A stretch of DNA of 64,000 nucleotides from Daphnia carinata (GCF_022539665.2 NC_081332.1:2542001-2606000), one strand, 5' to 3'; shown: positions 50,627 through 64,000, counted from the stretch's first letter. Numbers and translations: made by a program. Notes: generated by a model from the letters alone, not told the origin.

Positions 50627-52654
50627 TGTGAAACCTATAAAGATTGGAAATCATTATTTATTACTGTTATGCCAGTTCTGCATAGTAGAATGGGGGTATG
50701 ACAAATAGACAACAACTGACAAACCTCTAGAATCACAGGAGAAAATAATAACTGCCAAGCTTCAGGTCCAGTGTTCAACCACAGACTGTGTATGGTAGGG
50801 TGCAAAAAGACATGAAATATTCAAAAGAAATTAAGGAAATAGTAAAAAAAAGGGGTGTTGGTAGATTTCTAGATACTGATAACAACTACGCCATTCTCTT
50901 ATCAATACGTTTTAAAGGAAAAAAACGGCCCCGATTTGGAGTGACAACCAGAAATTACTCACATTCAGCTCCGATTTTAAACGTTGTTATCTGCAAACTT
51001 TGTGTGGCTTAATGTAACAGTTTCTTGCTTACCTTTTCCAAAAATACGCAGCAAAGACAGCAACGTAATTTCTCTTTTGTTCAACTTCGGATTAAAACCA
51101 ATCTCACTATATTTACAGGCCGTAAACGTACTAGGTGTTGTAAGCGCACCACGACACTTCCCTAGTTACCAACCAATTCCACTAGAATGCGCACTAATCG
51201 AGGTGGCCGATACATGCTTATGCAACCATTTACTTTTTTCTCTTTTCCTTTTATTTATTAACCTTTTTTTATTTTTCTGCAGAAAAAACCGGAATATGCT
51301 TGTGAGATGTGAAACACGACTGGCCACAGAACTCAATACCCCAGTGATTGGACTTTCCATTTTGAATCATCTGTGGCAATATCCTACTAAATGGGTGAGT
51401 TCATGGCCATTTCCAACAACAGAAAATAGTTTTTCCACCAAAACAAAAGGCAAACTTTTTGTACAAAAAGCCTAAATATTAAGGAATTCCTCGATTACAA
51501 ATTTTTTCTGCCGAAATATGTTATGAACAGATTTGAAAGTTTGGTATGACAGAAGGATCGTGGGATGATCAGCCGTGCCTAACCTCCAATTATACCACAA
51601 GGCTGCTTCGTTGCCACTTTTCGTCTATGCGAATAACAGAGATCCGAGGATTTAAAATGGGTTTTCCCCCTCATTGCATAACCGTTACGGAGACACCGTG
51701 AGAATAGCAATCTCATCCTGATGCCAAAAGGAAAACAGATTCCGTCACTTGATGAACACAAAGAAAAGATTCGGTTCGACAACTTAAGACAATAGAGTGT
51801 CAAGATAAAAAGTTGCACCTGATGGGAAAATCGTAAACTTCGCAACACACCGTGAATCAATCCAAGGCTAAAGTTATGCACTGTTGCTTTGCATAGGCCT
51901 TTTTCAAATTATAACAAGACAAAATAACATTGAATGTTCATTGAAGCAGCTTATACTAGAGCACTTATGAAAATGGAAGTAAAAACACGATGAATTATTC
52001 TACTAAATTTTTGAATTTGTGCCAAGGTCAAATGTAGAATTAAAGAATAGTGAGATTTAAAAATGAAGAGCTGGGTTGAATCCGTTTAGAGATGTAAAAA
52101 AAAAATAGGTTAATTGCACTTGTACCTTTTGTATCCCTCTGTTGAATTAAGATCCGTGACGACACCAGTAAGCTCCCAGGGGCCGACCTGTCATTGTCGA
52201 TTGCTTCAAATGAAAAAGCAATGTACACTAACAGGCCCAAAGAGGGGAACTCTGTTTTTCGCTTTTCTTTCCCTAACAACACGTGAACATATCTCTGATA
52301 ACTAAATTGGTTGTATCCAGCTGTTGACAATCCAAAGTTGTGTTACCTTTCTCGTAACATAAACGATAGATAAAATACTACTTAAAAAAAGGAAACTCCA
52401 ACATGAAACTTCTAATGCTAGGGTTTAACGTTTGCATTCACCCTTGCATGAAAGAAATGACAAGTTTACGAAATTTCACGCCGAGGTTGTACAATGGTTT
52501 TGCCGTTGAGTCACGTGCGGTCATATAAAACATGGGCGAAATGATAAAAACACGCGGTGCAACGCGTCCACGATTTCTTCGCGAGAGAAAACAAAGAGAG
52601 AAACCAAGCGTGATTGAACGAGAAGCAAACAATGCCTAGTTGACATGGGCAGAG

Positions 52655-52662
52655 TATAAAAA
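52655..52662 (+). promoter_or_regulatory. TATA box of the CSP gene
   Basis: TATAAAAA upstream of a putative non-coding first exon ending CAG|GTAGG (~52742), with an acceptor TTGCAG at ~53114 just before the CSP ATG. Confidence 0.55.
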
Positions 52663-52895
52663 GGGACCGACGCCACCTATTCCAGCATCTAGTGTCCTGC
52701 AGTCAACAAGTAGATAGTCGCTGCCGACCAACGAACAATCAGGTAGGCCAAAGCCTTTTTTTTATAGGAGGGGTTAAATCTTAAGGCTATGTGATCAAAA
52801 ACTCTTCTTCATCCCATACTTGCTGCCTATGCACACACGCTAGAAAAAGTATTTTGACAGGGGATCTCACCGGAACGAGGGAGAGATGCAGCGAC

Positions 52896-52931
52896 AGAGA
52901 TAAAGAGATAGAGAGAGAGAGAGAGAGAGAG
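52896..52931. repeat. Imperfect (GA)n microsatellite
   Basis: AGAGATAAAGAGATAGAGAGAGAGAGAGAGAGAGAG, within the putative 5' UTR intron of the CSP gene. Confidence 0.85.
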
Positions 52932-53138
52932 GATGAAAGGAGGTGGTGAAAGTGCAGGTGTACCCCCACTTTCTCTTTTTCCCTTTGCTCTGTGGGTCAT
53001 TTTCAATGACAACACACTTTCTCTTCGTCTCCCCATTTCACATATGTTGTGTCCCAGTCTCCTCCCAGCTGACGAGGATAAAAACACGCTACCTTCGCTG
53101 TTAAATCATTGCAGTCTTTCTTTGAACACAGAAAGAGA

Positions 53139-53549
53139 ATGAACTCAACAATCGTCGCCTTCGTCGCTTTGGCTGTCCTGGCCGCTGTCGTTTCTGCTCA
53201 ACCTGGCCCAGCTCTTGAAAACGTCGATGTGGACAACGTTTTGAAAAATGAAAAGCTTGTCAGGCGCTACATTGACTGCACCTTGGATCGTGGGCGATGC
53301 GAACAAAACGGCAGAGATTTGAAAGGTAAATATCTTTTACAGCCAACTGCTTTTAAAAGCTATTTTTTACTCCACAATTTTGCTCTATAATGCCGTTTTA
53401 TTGTAGCTATGCTTCCCCGTGTGCTGAATGAGGGATGCAGTGGGTGCACGCCCAAACAAGTCGAGAATTCAAACCGAATCATCAACTTCATGAAGACGAA
53501 CCACGCCGCTGACTGGGCAGCCATCGAAACCAAATACAAGACGGGTTAA
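53139..53549 (+). CDS. Chemosensory protein (CSP / OS-D / ejaculatory bulb protein III family), 2 exons: 53139-53325 and 53407-53549
   Basis: Signal peptide followed by ENVDVDNVLKNEKLVRRYIDCTLDRGRCEQNGRDLK|AMLPRVLNEGCSGCTPKQ..HAADWAAIETKY. It has the four-cysteine C-x6-C-x18-C-x2-C signature and the typical single phase-1 intron. Confidence 0.95.
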
Positions 53550-53795
53550 GCGCAGCACCTCGTATTTTTCAATTTTAACTGTGCATCTCGCTCTTTTTCA
53601 AGTCACTCTTCCAATGTATCCTTGGCACTTGTATTCTAGGTGTGCCTAAAAGAACGGTTTTAAAGAGAAAAACAAAAGCGGTGAAACGACTATCGATTTC
53701 ATTTAATACATTTTTTCGGTAAACGTTTCATTTTTAAGTTTACTGAATACGAAAAAATGAGAAAAATATGATGTACCGTAAACGTCAGCTATAGA

Positions 53796-54736
53796 CTAGC
53801 TATCATTTGACAGGTTAAAATGGTGAACCAAGTTGACTGTCCATTGGCCTTCAACACCCTTAGTGAACTCGCGAATAAATCGATAGTTGCAGATAACGAT
53901 TTTATCACGATGGGTTTGAAAAGAACTTGGTCCAGGCTGAAAATTCCCCGTTTTGATCAGTTCGCTAAGATCTCTCAAGATATGGAAACACACTGTGATT
54001 TCCACAAATCGTTCTTGAACACCTAAAGAATCACAGACATTGGTACAATTTTGGGGCTAATGCACAGAATTTAAGAAATACCTTTTGCATTATCATTCAT
54101 GATGATGCCCACTTGGTAAGGAAATGTCAGATATATATCTTCTGGATTGGATATAGCTAATTCAGCCAGTTGCTTGCTGTCGAACCTGCATATGTTTTCT
54201 TTGATTTCAGAAAAAGCCTCTTTATCTAAGAGTTCTTTTAAGCTGTCAAGATCCCCCACAGCGAGAGCATTGGCAATGACAAGAAGGGCTTGTTTGGATC
54301 CACGAACAAACTCTTTTAAACTGAAATCATTGTCGAAGTAGGGTTTAATAATCAAAAATGATGACATCAGGTTGCTGACACTTTTGAAAAAGCTTGGCCT
54401 GTAAAATATAGAAAATGTTTTCATGAACAAAAGGTACTTGTAATAATCTATAACCATATTAGACCAGACGATATGAGGTGGGTTGTTCATCAATTGGGGC
54501 AGTTGGGCGATTGGCTGTTCACTTTCATTTCTATTTTCTGACCAAATGCTCGTTGAAGTATGCAAATAACTTCGATTGGCCGGTAAGGCGGACACTACAG
54601 ATAACTGGACCTGCTTAATTGCTAGTAAACCCTCAGGTAAATGACTACGAGGTAATGCACTTTTCGTTTGCGCAGCCCAAAATGATCGAGACTGATAGAT
54701 AGTCCTCGCGGTGGACGACATAAACCTGTACGTCAT
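53796..54736 (-). CDS. MAIP1: m-AAA protease-interacting protein 1-like (mitochondrial), 3 exons
   Basis: Basic, hydroxylated N-terminal presequence. Recognised motifs: YFDNDFSLKEFVRGSKQAL..ALAVGDLDSLKELL, ERFVEITVCFH and IVICNYRFIREFTKGVEGQWTV. Introns at about 54399-54464 and 54023-54081. Confidence 0.85.
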
Positions 54737-54845
54737 CCTTTGATGTCCACTTAATTCGCTACAAGTAAATCAAACGGCGTTGTTTGTATATGGTCTTTCG
54801 GTTCTAACACACAAAATTACATTACAGATCGTCTGCTGTCCTTCA

Positions 54846-54857
54846 CGCCACCTAGCG
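54846..54857 (-). promoter_or_regulatory. CTCF-like motif upstream of the MAIP1-like gene
   Basis: CGCCACCTAGCG (minus strand CGCTAGGTGGCG) resembles the arthropod CTCF core. Motif match only. Confidence 0.4.
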
Positions 54858-55838
54858 CACCCCAACCTCTGAAGTTAAGGTTGTTCAATTCATTTTAAGA
54901 GTTGGCGTAAGAACCGAGATGAACTCGTCTCGTTATCTCTGTGTAAGATGAGCTGATGGCCGTGATTCCTTTATCACCGAAATGCTCTGTACGGCGTTTG
55001 GCTCATAGGGAATCCTCGTGATCAGAAACAGGAGTCTCATGTGAGACAGCAGAAAAAAAACAAAAGAACAACGAAAGAACGCCGAGAAATGTTTTGCGCG
55101 TAAGAGAAGATGTATTTGTTAAATCTATGTATCTCGTTGGTAGTTTATGGTAGTCTACAGGTAAGTAGGGTGTAGGCCAACATTCACTCTTGAAGTGCCA
55201 GCCACCTCCCTCTGCCACACAAACATTAAAAAAAAAAAAACGAAAAACAAAACACCAAAAAAAGACTGTAAGAAAAGAAAAAAGAAACACGGGGAAGTTT
55301 AGGTTATATATGGCGATTGATTATGTGATGAACGCATTGCAGCAGAAAGACTAGGCCAATGGACACGTTATTTTTTGTTTTCGATAAAACGAATGGCGCC
55401 GTCACGACGACGGGGTTTGTTACAAAAAGCAGCAGTCATGTGCGTCTGAAATGCAGTGCAGCATCGATTCATGGCAGTATTGGATGTGACTGATTTTTAA
55501 CGAATCAATACGCAATGAAACGACAATGAAACGAACAGATCAAGCGATGAAAGGGGTCAATGAAAGCAAAACATGTTGAAATTGTCAATGACCCATCTCG
55601 AATGCTATGAAGCTTACTAGACAAGCCATCGACATCCACCGGGAGTAAAATATTTGTTGTTGTTTTTTTAATCACTGGGTCAGTTTCGTGGGCAACAAAT
55701 GAACTCATATTAAAGACAAACGAATCGATCTGCGAATCGATTACGACACGAAATATTCTTTTCGTGATGAACGTTATTTAGCTGATCTGCTTAAACGCTG
55801 GTCGTCACAGTCGTTGAATTCCCTGTTGTCATCAACAT

Positions 55839-58800
55839 TTACATGATGACGCACGGCATGGCGCAGCAGACGGGCAAACAGATGGGGATGACGGCGGCGC
55901 CTCCGTACGCACCTTTGGCACTTGAATCTGATTCGGATGCCTTGGCCGAATGCTTGGCAGCAAATTTCATTTTGCCTTTGGATCGGCCTCCCATCGTTTT
56001 CGACTTTTTCTCCAAAGTGCGTGACTGTATTATGGATAGGAAATAAAAAAAATCAATATAAAATTGCGGGCGAAGATTGAAAATAAAAAAAAAACACTGC
56101 TGTCTGACTACGTACCACAATTGGTACATCTTTTTTCGTGAACATCTTATGGTCGGGCGGGTAGTAGACGGGTGGTCCGCTAGTGCCTTTCGTCGTCGGC
56201 CGCTTTGGTGCTTCTTTCTCTATTAATGGCTCCGTCTCGCCGTCCACCGGTTCCTTAGATTTCAGCGGAAGTTGCACAGCAGGCGAAGGCGAAAACACAA
56301 TTTTTTGTGGATCTCCGCGCGGAGTTGACGTAAGCGGCTGACATACGACGATGTAAACGACAACGTGAAAACACAAGAAAAACCAAACAAAGTAAAACAA
56401 ATAAAATAAAATAAAATAAATAAATTTCAATCATACGAGAGGCGGTCCACCATTGAAGGTAGCCATAAGATCGTCCAGTTTCTTGGGCGGAGCTTGTAGT
56501 CCGGGATCTGGTGTTCCCTGCCTTCGGTTGGGTAGAGGAGAACCTGTGCCTGCCTGATAAAGTTTCGGCTTATTGGTCAGTGGGTGAGTTGGCAGGTTGC
56601 AGTAAGGCTCCGACGGGCAATCGCCGGCCAGCCGAGGGTAATCGGGGTGATGTGGCAAATTGCACAACAGCTGAGGATGGCCGGGTATGTTGCACTGCGG
56701 TGGCGATTTGAGTCCGATGTGGCCAACGTGTTCCGGGAAGTTGGGATGTTTCGGCACCTGTCCAATTACATTCGTTCAAAAGCAACGACACATTGAAGAT
56801 CGAAATCAACAACGTGATTGTCTAAATTTTACTGACATTGCAAAGAAGTGGCGGATGTCCGGGTACGGAGCAGACGGGCAGCGAAAGCGGGCTACTGTCG
56901 CCCATTAGAGCAGGGTACTGGGGATGAAACGGGATATTGCAGATGACCGGACCAGAATCGCGAACGGGCGGAGAAGGCGATCTAGCCGTTAAGGGCGATG
57001 GTGTAGGAGACGGAACCTGAATTTCGACGATGGGAATCGGTGGGTGCCTGGGGACGTTGCAAATCGGTTCGGATGGCACTTCACCTTCTGTCGTGTAGCC
57101 AGGGAAGTCGGGATGGTGAGCTAAATGTAAAGCATGTTTTTGGTTAAGCAACACGAACATGGCAAATGAAACAAGTATCGTATTTGACCGATGTTGCACA
57201 GCAGCTCCGGATGGGACGGTATGAAACAATAGGGAGCGGCATCTCGATCTACTGGATCCATCAATTCAGGGTATTGCGGGTGTGTCTGGATGTTGCACAG
57301 TCCGAATGGGTGGCCTGGAACGTCGCAAAACGGCTCCGTCTGTGGTTCAGCAAGAGACATGAAATCGGGATATCCAGGATGGCCAGGGATATTGCATTTC
57401 GACGGCAACGGGATTGGATCGTGCGGATGACTGGGTATGGTGCAAACCAGTCCGGCCACAGCCTCGGAGAACTCGGGCAATTCGGGATGAGTGAATTTCG
57501 GATAGTCCGGATGTTGCTATATTTTTGGGGGGGGTTTGAGCCATCGATAAAAATGTAGGAATAGAATAATAACAATTATCACTTGATGTTCGATTGAATG
57601 TATTACCGTCACGTTGCAGATGAGCATCGGGTGTCCGGGTACTGTACACAACGGCACATCGTCGTTCGGGGTGGGCGTGTTCATGTTACCCTCTACAGCG
57701 ACAGGTGGTTTGTTGGCCTTGAAATCAGGAAAATCGGGATGCTCGGGTATGTTGCACTTGTCCAATCGATGAGCCGGGACGTTGCACACGCTGTTCGGCT
57801 GCTGTCCAGTTAACTTGGCATTGCAATATTTCGGATAGTGGGGGTGACGGACGAAATTGCAGACGACGCGTGGATGACCCTTGGGCAGATCCATATTGCA
57901 AATGGGCTCGATCTCAGGTGGGGGACACCGTGAGGCGTGTTTCGGATAGTCGGCATGCTTGGGTAAGTTGCACAACAGTTCGGGGTGCGACGGGACGTTG
58001 CAGATGGTTTCCGACGGAGGGCAACCGGCGGCAAAACCAGGATAATCCGGATGATGTGGATAGTTGCAAAGTATAGCGGGGTGAGCTTCGATGTTGCAAA
58101 CGGGTTGCGTATCCTGCGATCCGGGCGGGCACGGAGGCGAGGCCGCATACAACGGGAAATGGGGATGCCTCTCTATGTTACACATCGGATGGGGATGCGA
58201 AGCCACATTGCACAGCAGTCCCGCTGATTCCGGAATAACACGCACGTTGTATTTAGGAAAATCATCGTGATCCTAACACGTTCGAAAGAAAACAAAGGTT
58301 AGACACGCATGGCACATCGAACAGTAACGAATGGCTGTGAGTACCGTGAAATTGCAGACGGGACTGTCGAGCTGCTTTTGGTTCATGGCTCCGGTTGCAG
58401 CGCCGATCTGCTTTTTGCTGATTCGACTATAATCAACGGTAGAATCGCCCACCATCGTACTACCACTGGTACTGCTGCTGGCGACCACTTGTTTCTTGCT
58501 GCTGCTGCTGCTGCTACTGCTACTGTTGTAACTGTAGAATTGGCTGGAAGAGCCCGTCACTTGCTGAGTGGACGACTGGTTGCCCTCAGCAAGACGGACG
58601 GATTTCTTTGTCTTTTCTTTCTTGTTGCTGGCGAGCAAATCGATGCAGTCGGGAATCATTTGATTGCCGATATCGACGACGACATTGTTGAGCGACGAAT
58701 CCACTTGATCTGCAGCCGGCGTCGTTTTCTTGTTTTGCTGGCCGTTAGTAGACGATTTGACGACTTGGCTTCTTTTGACCGTCGTTTCTACTACACCAGC

Positions 58801-60421
58801 CGTGTTCTCTGCTCCGGCCGTTGCTGCATTTTTGCTGCTAGTGCTGCTGGTCACCTCCTCCTTGAAACTGTAAGTCACTCCTCGGCTGCTCCACGCTTTC
58901 GCTCTCTACGATGGAAAAATGCGACAGAGTTATGCAACAAAACAGAGACCAAAGGTGTCACAGAAAATGGCTTGACGCGTTGCATTTACGTCGGAAACGG
59001 ATGGCGGTGTTGCCTGATGGGCGTCATCTTCGGAGGCCGGCATGCCGACAAGAAGAGAACCGTCACCGTGATTCTTCGTCGACGTGTGATATTCGCGGTA
59101 TTCGCGTTGTTGCGAACTCGAGCGAGCCCTGCCGATGCTCCCACTTGCCGACAAAGCCTTGCCGAACGGACCGTCCTTTATGCAAATGGAGCATTTTGGT
59201 TACAAGTTTTTAATCAGCTACGTCGAAAATAAAGTAATTACGGTGTAAGTATGAGGGCGTCCTTCTACGGGCGGAAGCAGTTCCGGAGACCGGGATCTGG
59301 CTACCCTGACAGACGAAGAGTTTGCCGCTGAATCTGAAGCAGTGTCAAAGAGACGACGCGCAATGGATGTCTGTGAAACTGCTTGTTCGGCTAGGTGCTG
59401 GTTGGTGCCGCTGGTGCTGGTCGCTTTGCTAGACGACTGCCGATGGACGGAAGTGACGCTAACTGGCGTCTCGTGTCTTCCCACCTCTATCCTTGATGCT
59501 TCCGTTTTCCTTTGCGGTGATATACTGCGTTGCAGCTCATCCAGCATCCGATCTAAATGCGAGTGAGATAAAGGAAAAGGCCCATTACAACGGCAACGTA
59601 TAAATCAACGGTAAGAGCCTGCAAACTGAAAAGGAGAAGGCGAAAATGGGTGGCTCCTTCACACAAGTAAGAAAAACAAAAACAAAGGCACACGCTAGTA
59701 GCACAGGAGTGCAAGTGTGAAACAGCATACGCTAAACGACAACGTCGACGCGAATATGTCGAAGAAAAGAGATGAAGTAGATGAATGGCACACCGGAAAC
59801 AAGCCAGGAGAAAAGATCAGGTGATCACCCATCAACAAATGTCACTCAAGGAAAGAGAATCAAGGCACCATTCTTACGGTCATTTCACATCCCAGGTTCG
59901 TCGTGACCGAAGATCAGGTCATTGCCACAACCGAAAAGGGGGGGAAAAAAAGTTCACCACAAAACAAGTCAATGAGAGGATAATAAAAAGTAGATCCAAA
60001 GGTGGGCAGATGGGGTTTGATGAGGATCCAAAAGTACTGTGCATCACCAAAGTATAAGAAGGGGAGGCAAGAAAACACCAGGAATGAACTAAAGGGTCAA
60101 ACCAAGAAGAACGTCACTCTAAAAAAACAAAAAAAAAACAAAAGAGAAACAAAAGCCATGGCGAATAGTCGGCCGGTAGGAAGTTGAAGTTTGTTTCACT
60201 CGTTGCATCAGTTCCTACTACACAGAGTTGGTCCTACCTAATTTCGTGTCCCATTCAGAGACGGGATACACTGGATGGTGATGCTCTAGTGTAGAGTTCT
60301 GTTCGTCAATGGCAACAGCCGAATGTTGAAGGCTGTTGTTGCTGGTGCTCGTCATTGTTGTCGATGTTTTGGAGAACTGATGGCGATGATGCGACTGGAC
60401 ATCGCCCGAAGAGGAGGCCAT
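55839..60421 (-). CDS. Large multi-exon uncharacterised protein: Ser/Thr-rich N-terminus, Cys/His/Pro repeat region, C-terminal CaaX (..CLPVCCAMPCVIM*)
   Basis: A chain of minus-strand ORFs joined by GT-AG introns: MASSSGDVQ..WDTKL|DRMLDELQRS.., CNxPxHP repeats (56575-58350), PPKKLDDLMATF, GPPVYYPP, and GAAVIPICLPVCCAMPCVIM with stop at 55839. The start codon and some exon borders are uncertain. Confidence 0.85.
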
Positions 60422-63400
60422 CTCTCACCGTCGGTTTGCGCCTCTTTGTTCTCAATTGCACACCAGTCGAACAATGTCTAACAAGACATTTACCGAGAGA
60501 GGACATCCACGATCGCTAGTTAATAAACGTTCACTTCTACCGACATTTTACAGTACAGTTGGAGCTCATTCAGGCTAATATTGAATTGATTTTCGTGACA
60601 TCATTTCAATACGACTTGAATGAACAGCTTTTACATCTCAAAACGTAATTCAAAGAAGAAGAAGAAAAAAAAAAGAAAAAACGGCGAGTATCAGAAAAAG
60701 TAAAAGGTAAACATTTCCAAATTGGTACACATCTACAAACTATCAGGTCGAGAGAGCGAGTCTGGCAAACAACGGAGCCAAAAGCGGACGCCTGTTTGCC
60801 ATACACACACACACGCCATGTATACAAACAACACACGCCAAATGCGATTTCGTTTGATTTGGCAATGCATTTCCATACTAGTTCGTCTCTTTTCATGATA
60901 GCCATTGGTTAATGTCATGATGTGAATGGAATACATTACGGGCCACACCATATTGTTAACTATCCAGCCTTCGAGAACAGAAAGAAAAAGGGACAAGTCA
61001 TAAGACTGATGGCGAATGAGACCTTGGACCTCCTACGGAACTGACTCTTGTTGGATCGATTGACTTGGCTTACGTAAACTGGAATTCCTTTTTTTTGCAA
61101 AAGAGCAAAGAAAAATACCAGTCCACGTTGACCTTATCGTTGCATCTTTCCCGTTCACGTGCAATGGAGATGAAAAACAGATTCAATTAGTTATACTGGA
61201 CGTTCCTTTGCTGCTCTGTAGGGTTGGCGGAATCTACTAAGGCCCAACCGGAAAACGTTTGACCTTCGGCAGCATGACTTCACGATGGTGCGCTCCCTGT
61301 ATTTTCGTGCCATGCCCAAATCTATGATTTCATGCTGTCTAAATTGCCTCATTTTTCTATTTCCCCCCCCCCCCCCCCCGAAGAAAGAAATGTGGAAATT
61401 CAACCGTCGAATAATTAATACCGAATACATGATGAATCGTACAACACAAAAGGCAAAACAAAAAGAAGCATGTGAAGCTAAACAGAGGGAGATCTGCACC
61501 ATTTCTATTCTCATAGCGCTGCGGCAAAAATATATAAATAAAAAATAAAAAAATTTATTTAAAAAAGGAGATGGGGCGTTTCAAAAGGGGCCACGCAACA
61601 GCCTGGTGTTCTGTTGTAATGGGCAACCGAGCAGGCGGCTGCTGAGAGTCTGACGTGATCTAATTTTAAACCAGGTGATGCATCAAGGCGTCTTATTCAT
61701 TTCGTTTTTTGGGGATGCAATCTACGGCCACCAAAACACGCACGCCAACACATTATTATTCGACTGTAGAGCCAAACACTTCAGACAAATTTTTAAAATA
61801 AAAATGAATAGAAACAAAAATAAATAAGGGCGGAGCAGCGCCCTTTCTACTTCGTTACATAACCCGATCCATTTGTTGAATACTGACATTCATCTCTCAA
61901 ATCTTAAAAAAAACCTTCTCTATAGGACAATGGAAAGAAAAGAACGAAACACTTTTGAATTACAGTTTCCAAAGCGACTTTGCTTTTAGGCTAAAAAAAA
62001 AAATTGAAGATTTAAAAGAACGTGTGCAGCAACATAAAGAAAACGATGATCAGCTCAATCCTATAGTTGGCGCTTTGATCCCACCACGATACGATAATGA
62101 CAATACACGAACGAATATCTATACTCTCCTCCAGTTTTTTTTCACTTTCTCTTTTCCTTTATTGACGGTGCAGCCGCGATCTTTTGGCTTCTGCTGCCAA
62201 AGACGCGCACAACAGTCCAAGGCTATGACCAAAGATGGCCTGCACTGCATCGGCTTGCATACGCGCGCGCACAAACACACCGCTCGCCCCCTTTTTTTTT
62301 TTTTTTTCTTGACCCACACGATTCACCTCCTTCGTTTGAAACCAAAGAGAAACCTCTCCAACATTCAAGCACGAAATCAACAGTCAACTTGCGATACATT
62401 CGAAATAAACAAAAAATCTCGATATACCTGTTGGCGTGGGTTATCAAAAAATGGGCTGGACGACCCAAACAACAAACAAAAATTTTGAAGGATGACGATA
62501 ATGTTATTTCCGTTTAATCCGATCGCCTATCACCATCGATGCAATTAGACACTGGACGGATAACGATGCTGGCAACAGTTGGCTGCTGCAATGAGCCAAC
62601 GTTGAAAAGGTATCGAAGGAGAAACTTGAACCAGACAGTAAAGCAAAAGGCGAAAAATAGGGAAGGCAACGGTTGGGTCAGAGGTGCGTGTTCGCTGCTG
62701 CCAGCGAGGACGACAGACCAACTACGACTGCAGGCTCAACGTCAGACTCCTCCTTTTTCTACATATCGTTGTCTACTACATCTACGTAAGGAGCGAAAAT
62801 ACAAAAAGGAAATAACAGTGGAATATGCGAACCCACATCATTAAGATGTAAAAAAAGATGGGTCCAAAACATTCAAGACAAAAAGTGAATTCTGGTCGAC
62901 AGATTTGATACTCTGTTGCCTCGAGCTTCAGATTCACGCGCCAGGCAAAAACAGATAAAAACAAAAATGTGCAAAAATGTCCTCGCCCACTTATCTGTCG
63001 ATCCGATCATGGCTACTCGGTGCCATTAACCATACATGGAAGTAGACAAAGGCCAATAGACGTGCACAAGTCTAACGATTCAACATCCTCTTACAACTTG
63101 TTTGCAAACGAAACGTTATACAAGACGGTCGAATGAAAAATGCAAACAAACCGGAAAACAAAGAGAAACGGGCCAATTCTGCGCGGACGTCCGTTACGTG
63201 CACAAACTGAAACACTCGAAAACACCCTAAAATAAGAAAATGGACTGGACGTGCAAACTATGCCCATGTAGACAAAGCACCCTTTAAATTCATTCATTTG
63301 CCAACTACATAAGCGACAAGAAAACAGGGTGTGGTCGTGTGTTCCTTTTCTTGTAAATGCTGACGCTGTTGTTATCTAGAAAGAAGCGAGTCTACATCAT

Positions 63401-64000
63401 TCTAGTAAGTTATAATTATCAAACATCACGAACGTTCTGATGAATCTCGAGGCTATGGCAAAAAATGCTGGCAGCGCATCCTCAAACGTCGTGATTCACC
63501 TACTTGCAACGGGCAAGGGAATGATCGACGTAAGTCTTGTTTGTGCTACGTGTTTGCTTTTCATCTATTTCAACGGGTCAGAATTCCTTTTTCATCAACA
63601 CGGTACGAATAAGAGCACGGGGCATCAAGCGGCTATAGATAGAAAGCGCTTGTGAACAGCCAACTCCCTCCCAGCCCATAGTCTACTGCGATTGGGCACC
63701 GTAAAGACTTTCAAACGAAACCGGTAAAAAAAAAAAATAAAATAAAATAAAAGTTGACTCATCGTCTTCCTTGCAACGTGGAAGTTGGGGCGCTGAATTG
63801 GAAGTTTGCCATACTGGCGGGGCAAGCCACACATCCTACACAAATGACCTCAAAAATGGGTAAATAGGGTTCTACATACGTACCCCATAAACAAAGGTGG
63901 GAAAATCGAGTTGAAGAAAACTTGAATCGTTCGACGGAAACCTACGGCTGAAAATAGAAGACGGTTAACGAAATGATCAATTTCCTGGGGCTAGAGCGTC

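Noticed and set aside
50984..51475. 163-aa plus-strand ORF
   Set aside because: Low-complexity intergenic composition, non-ATG start, no motif.
58309..59232. 307-aa plus-strand ORF and other overlapping ORFs at 56500-59570
   Set aside because: Antisense or alternate-frame shadows of the GC-rich minus-strand gene.
61191..63843. Short ORFs in the last 3 kb
   Set aside because: They contain homopolymer runs and look like intronic or upstream sequence of the large minus-strand gene; no coding signal.

Overview
Eukaryotic (arthropod) genomic DNA with short ~55-90 bp GT-AG introns. The gene set and style suggest a branchiopod crustacean such as Daphnia (inference only). The window crosses a repeat-rich to gene-rich boundary in five parts. 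(1) 1-5995: a homogeneous 141-bp satellite (~42 copies); each monomer carries a CTCF-like motif. (2) 5996-31455: a ~2.68-kb macrosatellite (10 copies, last truncated), each unit made of four 180-bp monomers plus a ~1.96-kb segment with exon/intron-like structure. (3) ~31620-32630: a frameshifted, truncated SLC4A11-like fragment. (4) ~32761-46249: a ~13.5-kb diverged inverted duplication. Each arm carries a conserved promoter-like block, an array of 11-13 repeated mini-exons pointing inward, and tRNA-like cloverleaves near the centre; a tRNA-headed SINE-like element sits near the symmetry axis. (5) 49278-60421: ordinary genes: cathepsin B, a chemosensory protein, a MAIP1-like gene, and a large CaaX-ending protein with an unusual paired C-x4-H repeat region. 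All identities, alignments and exon boundaries were judged by eye.
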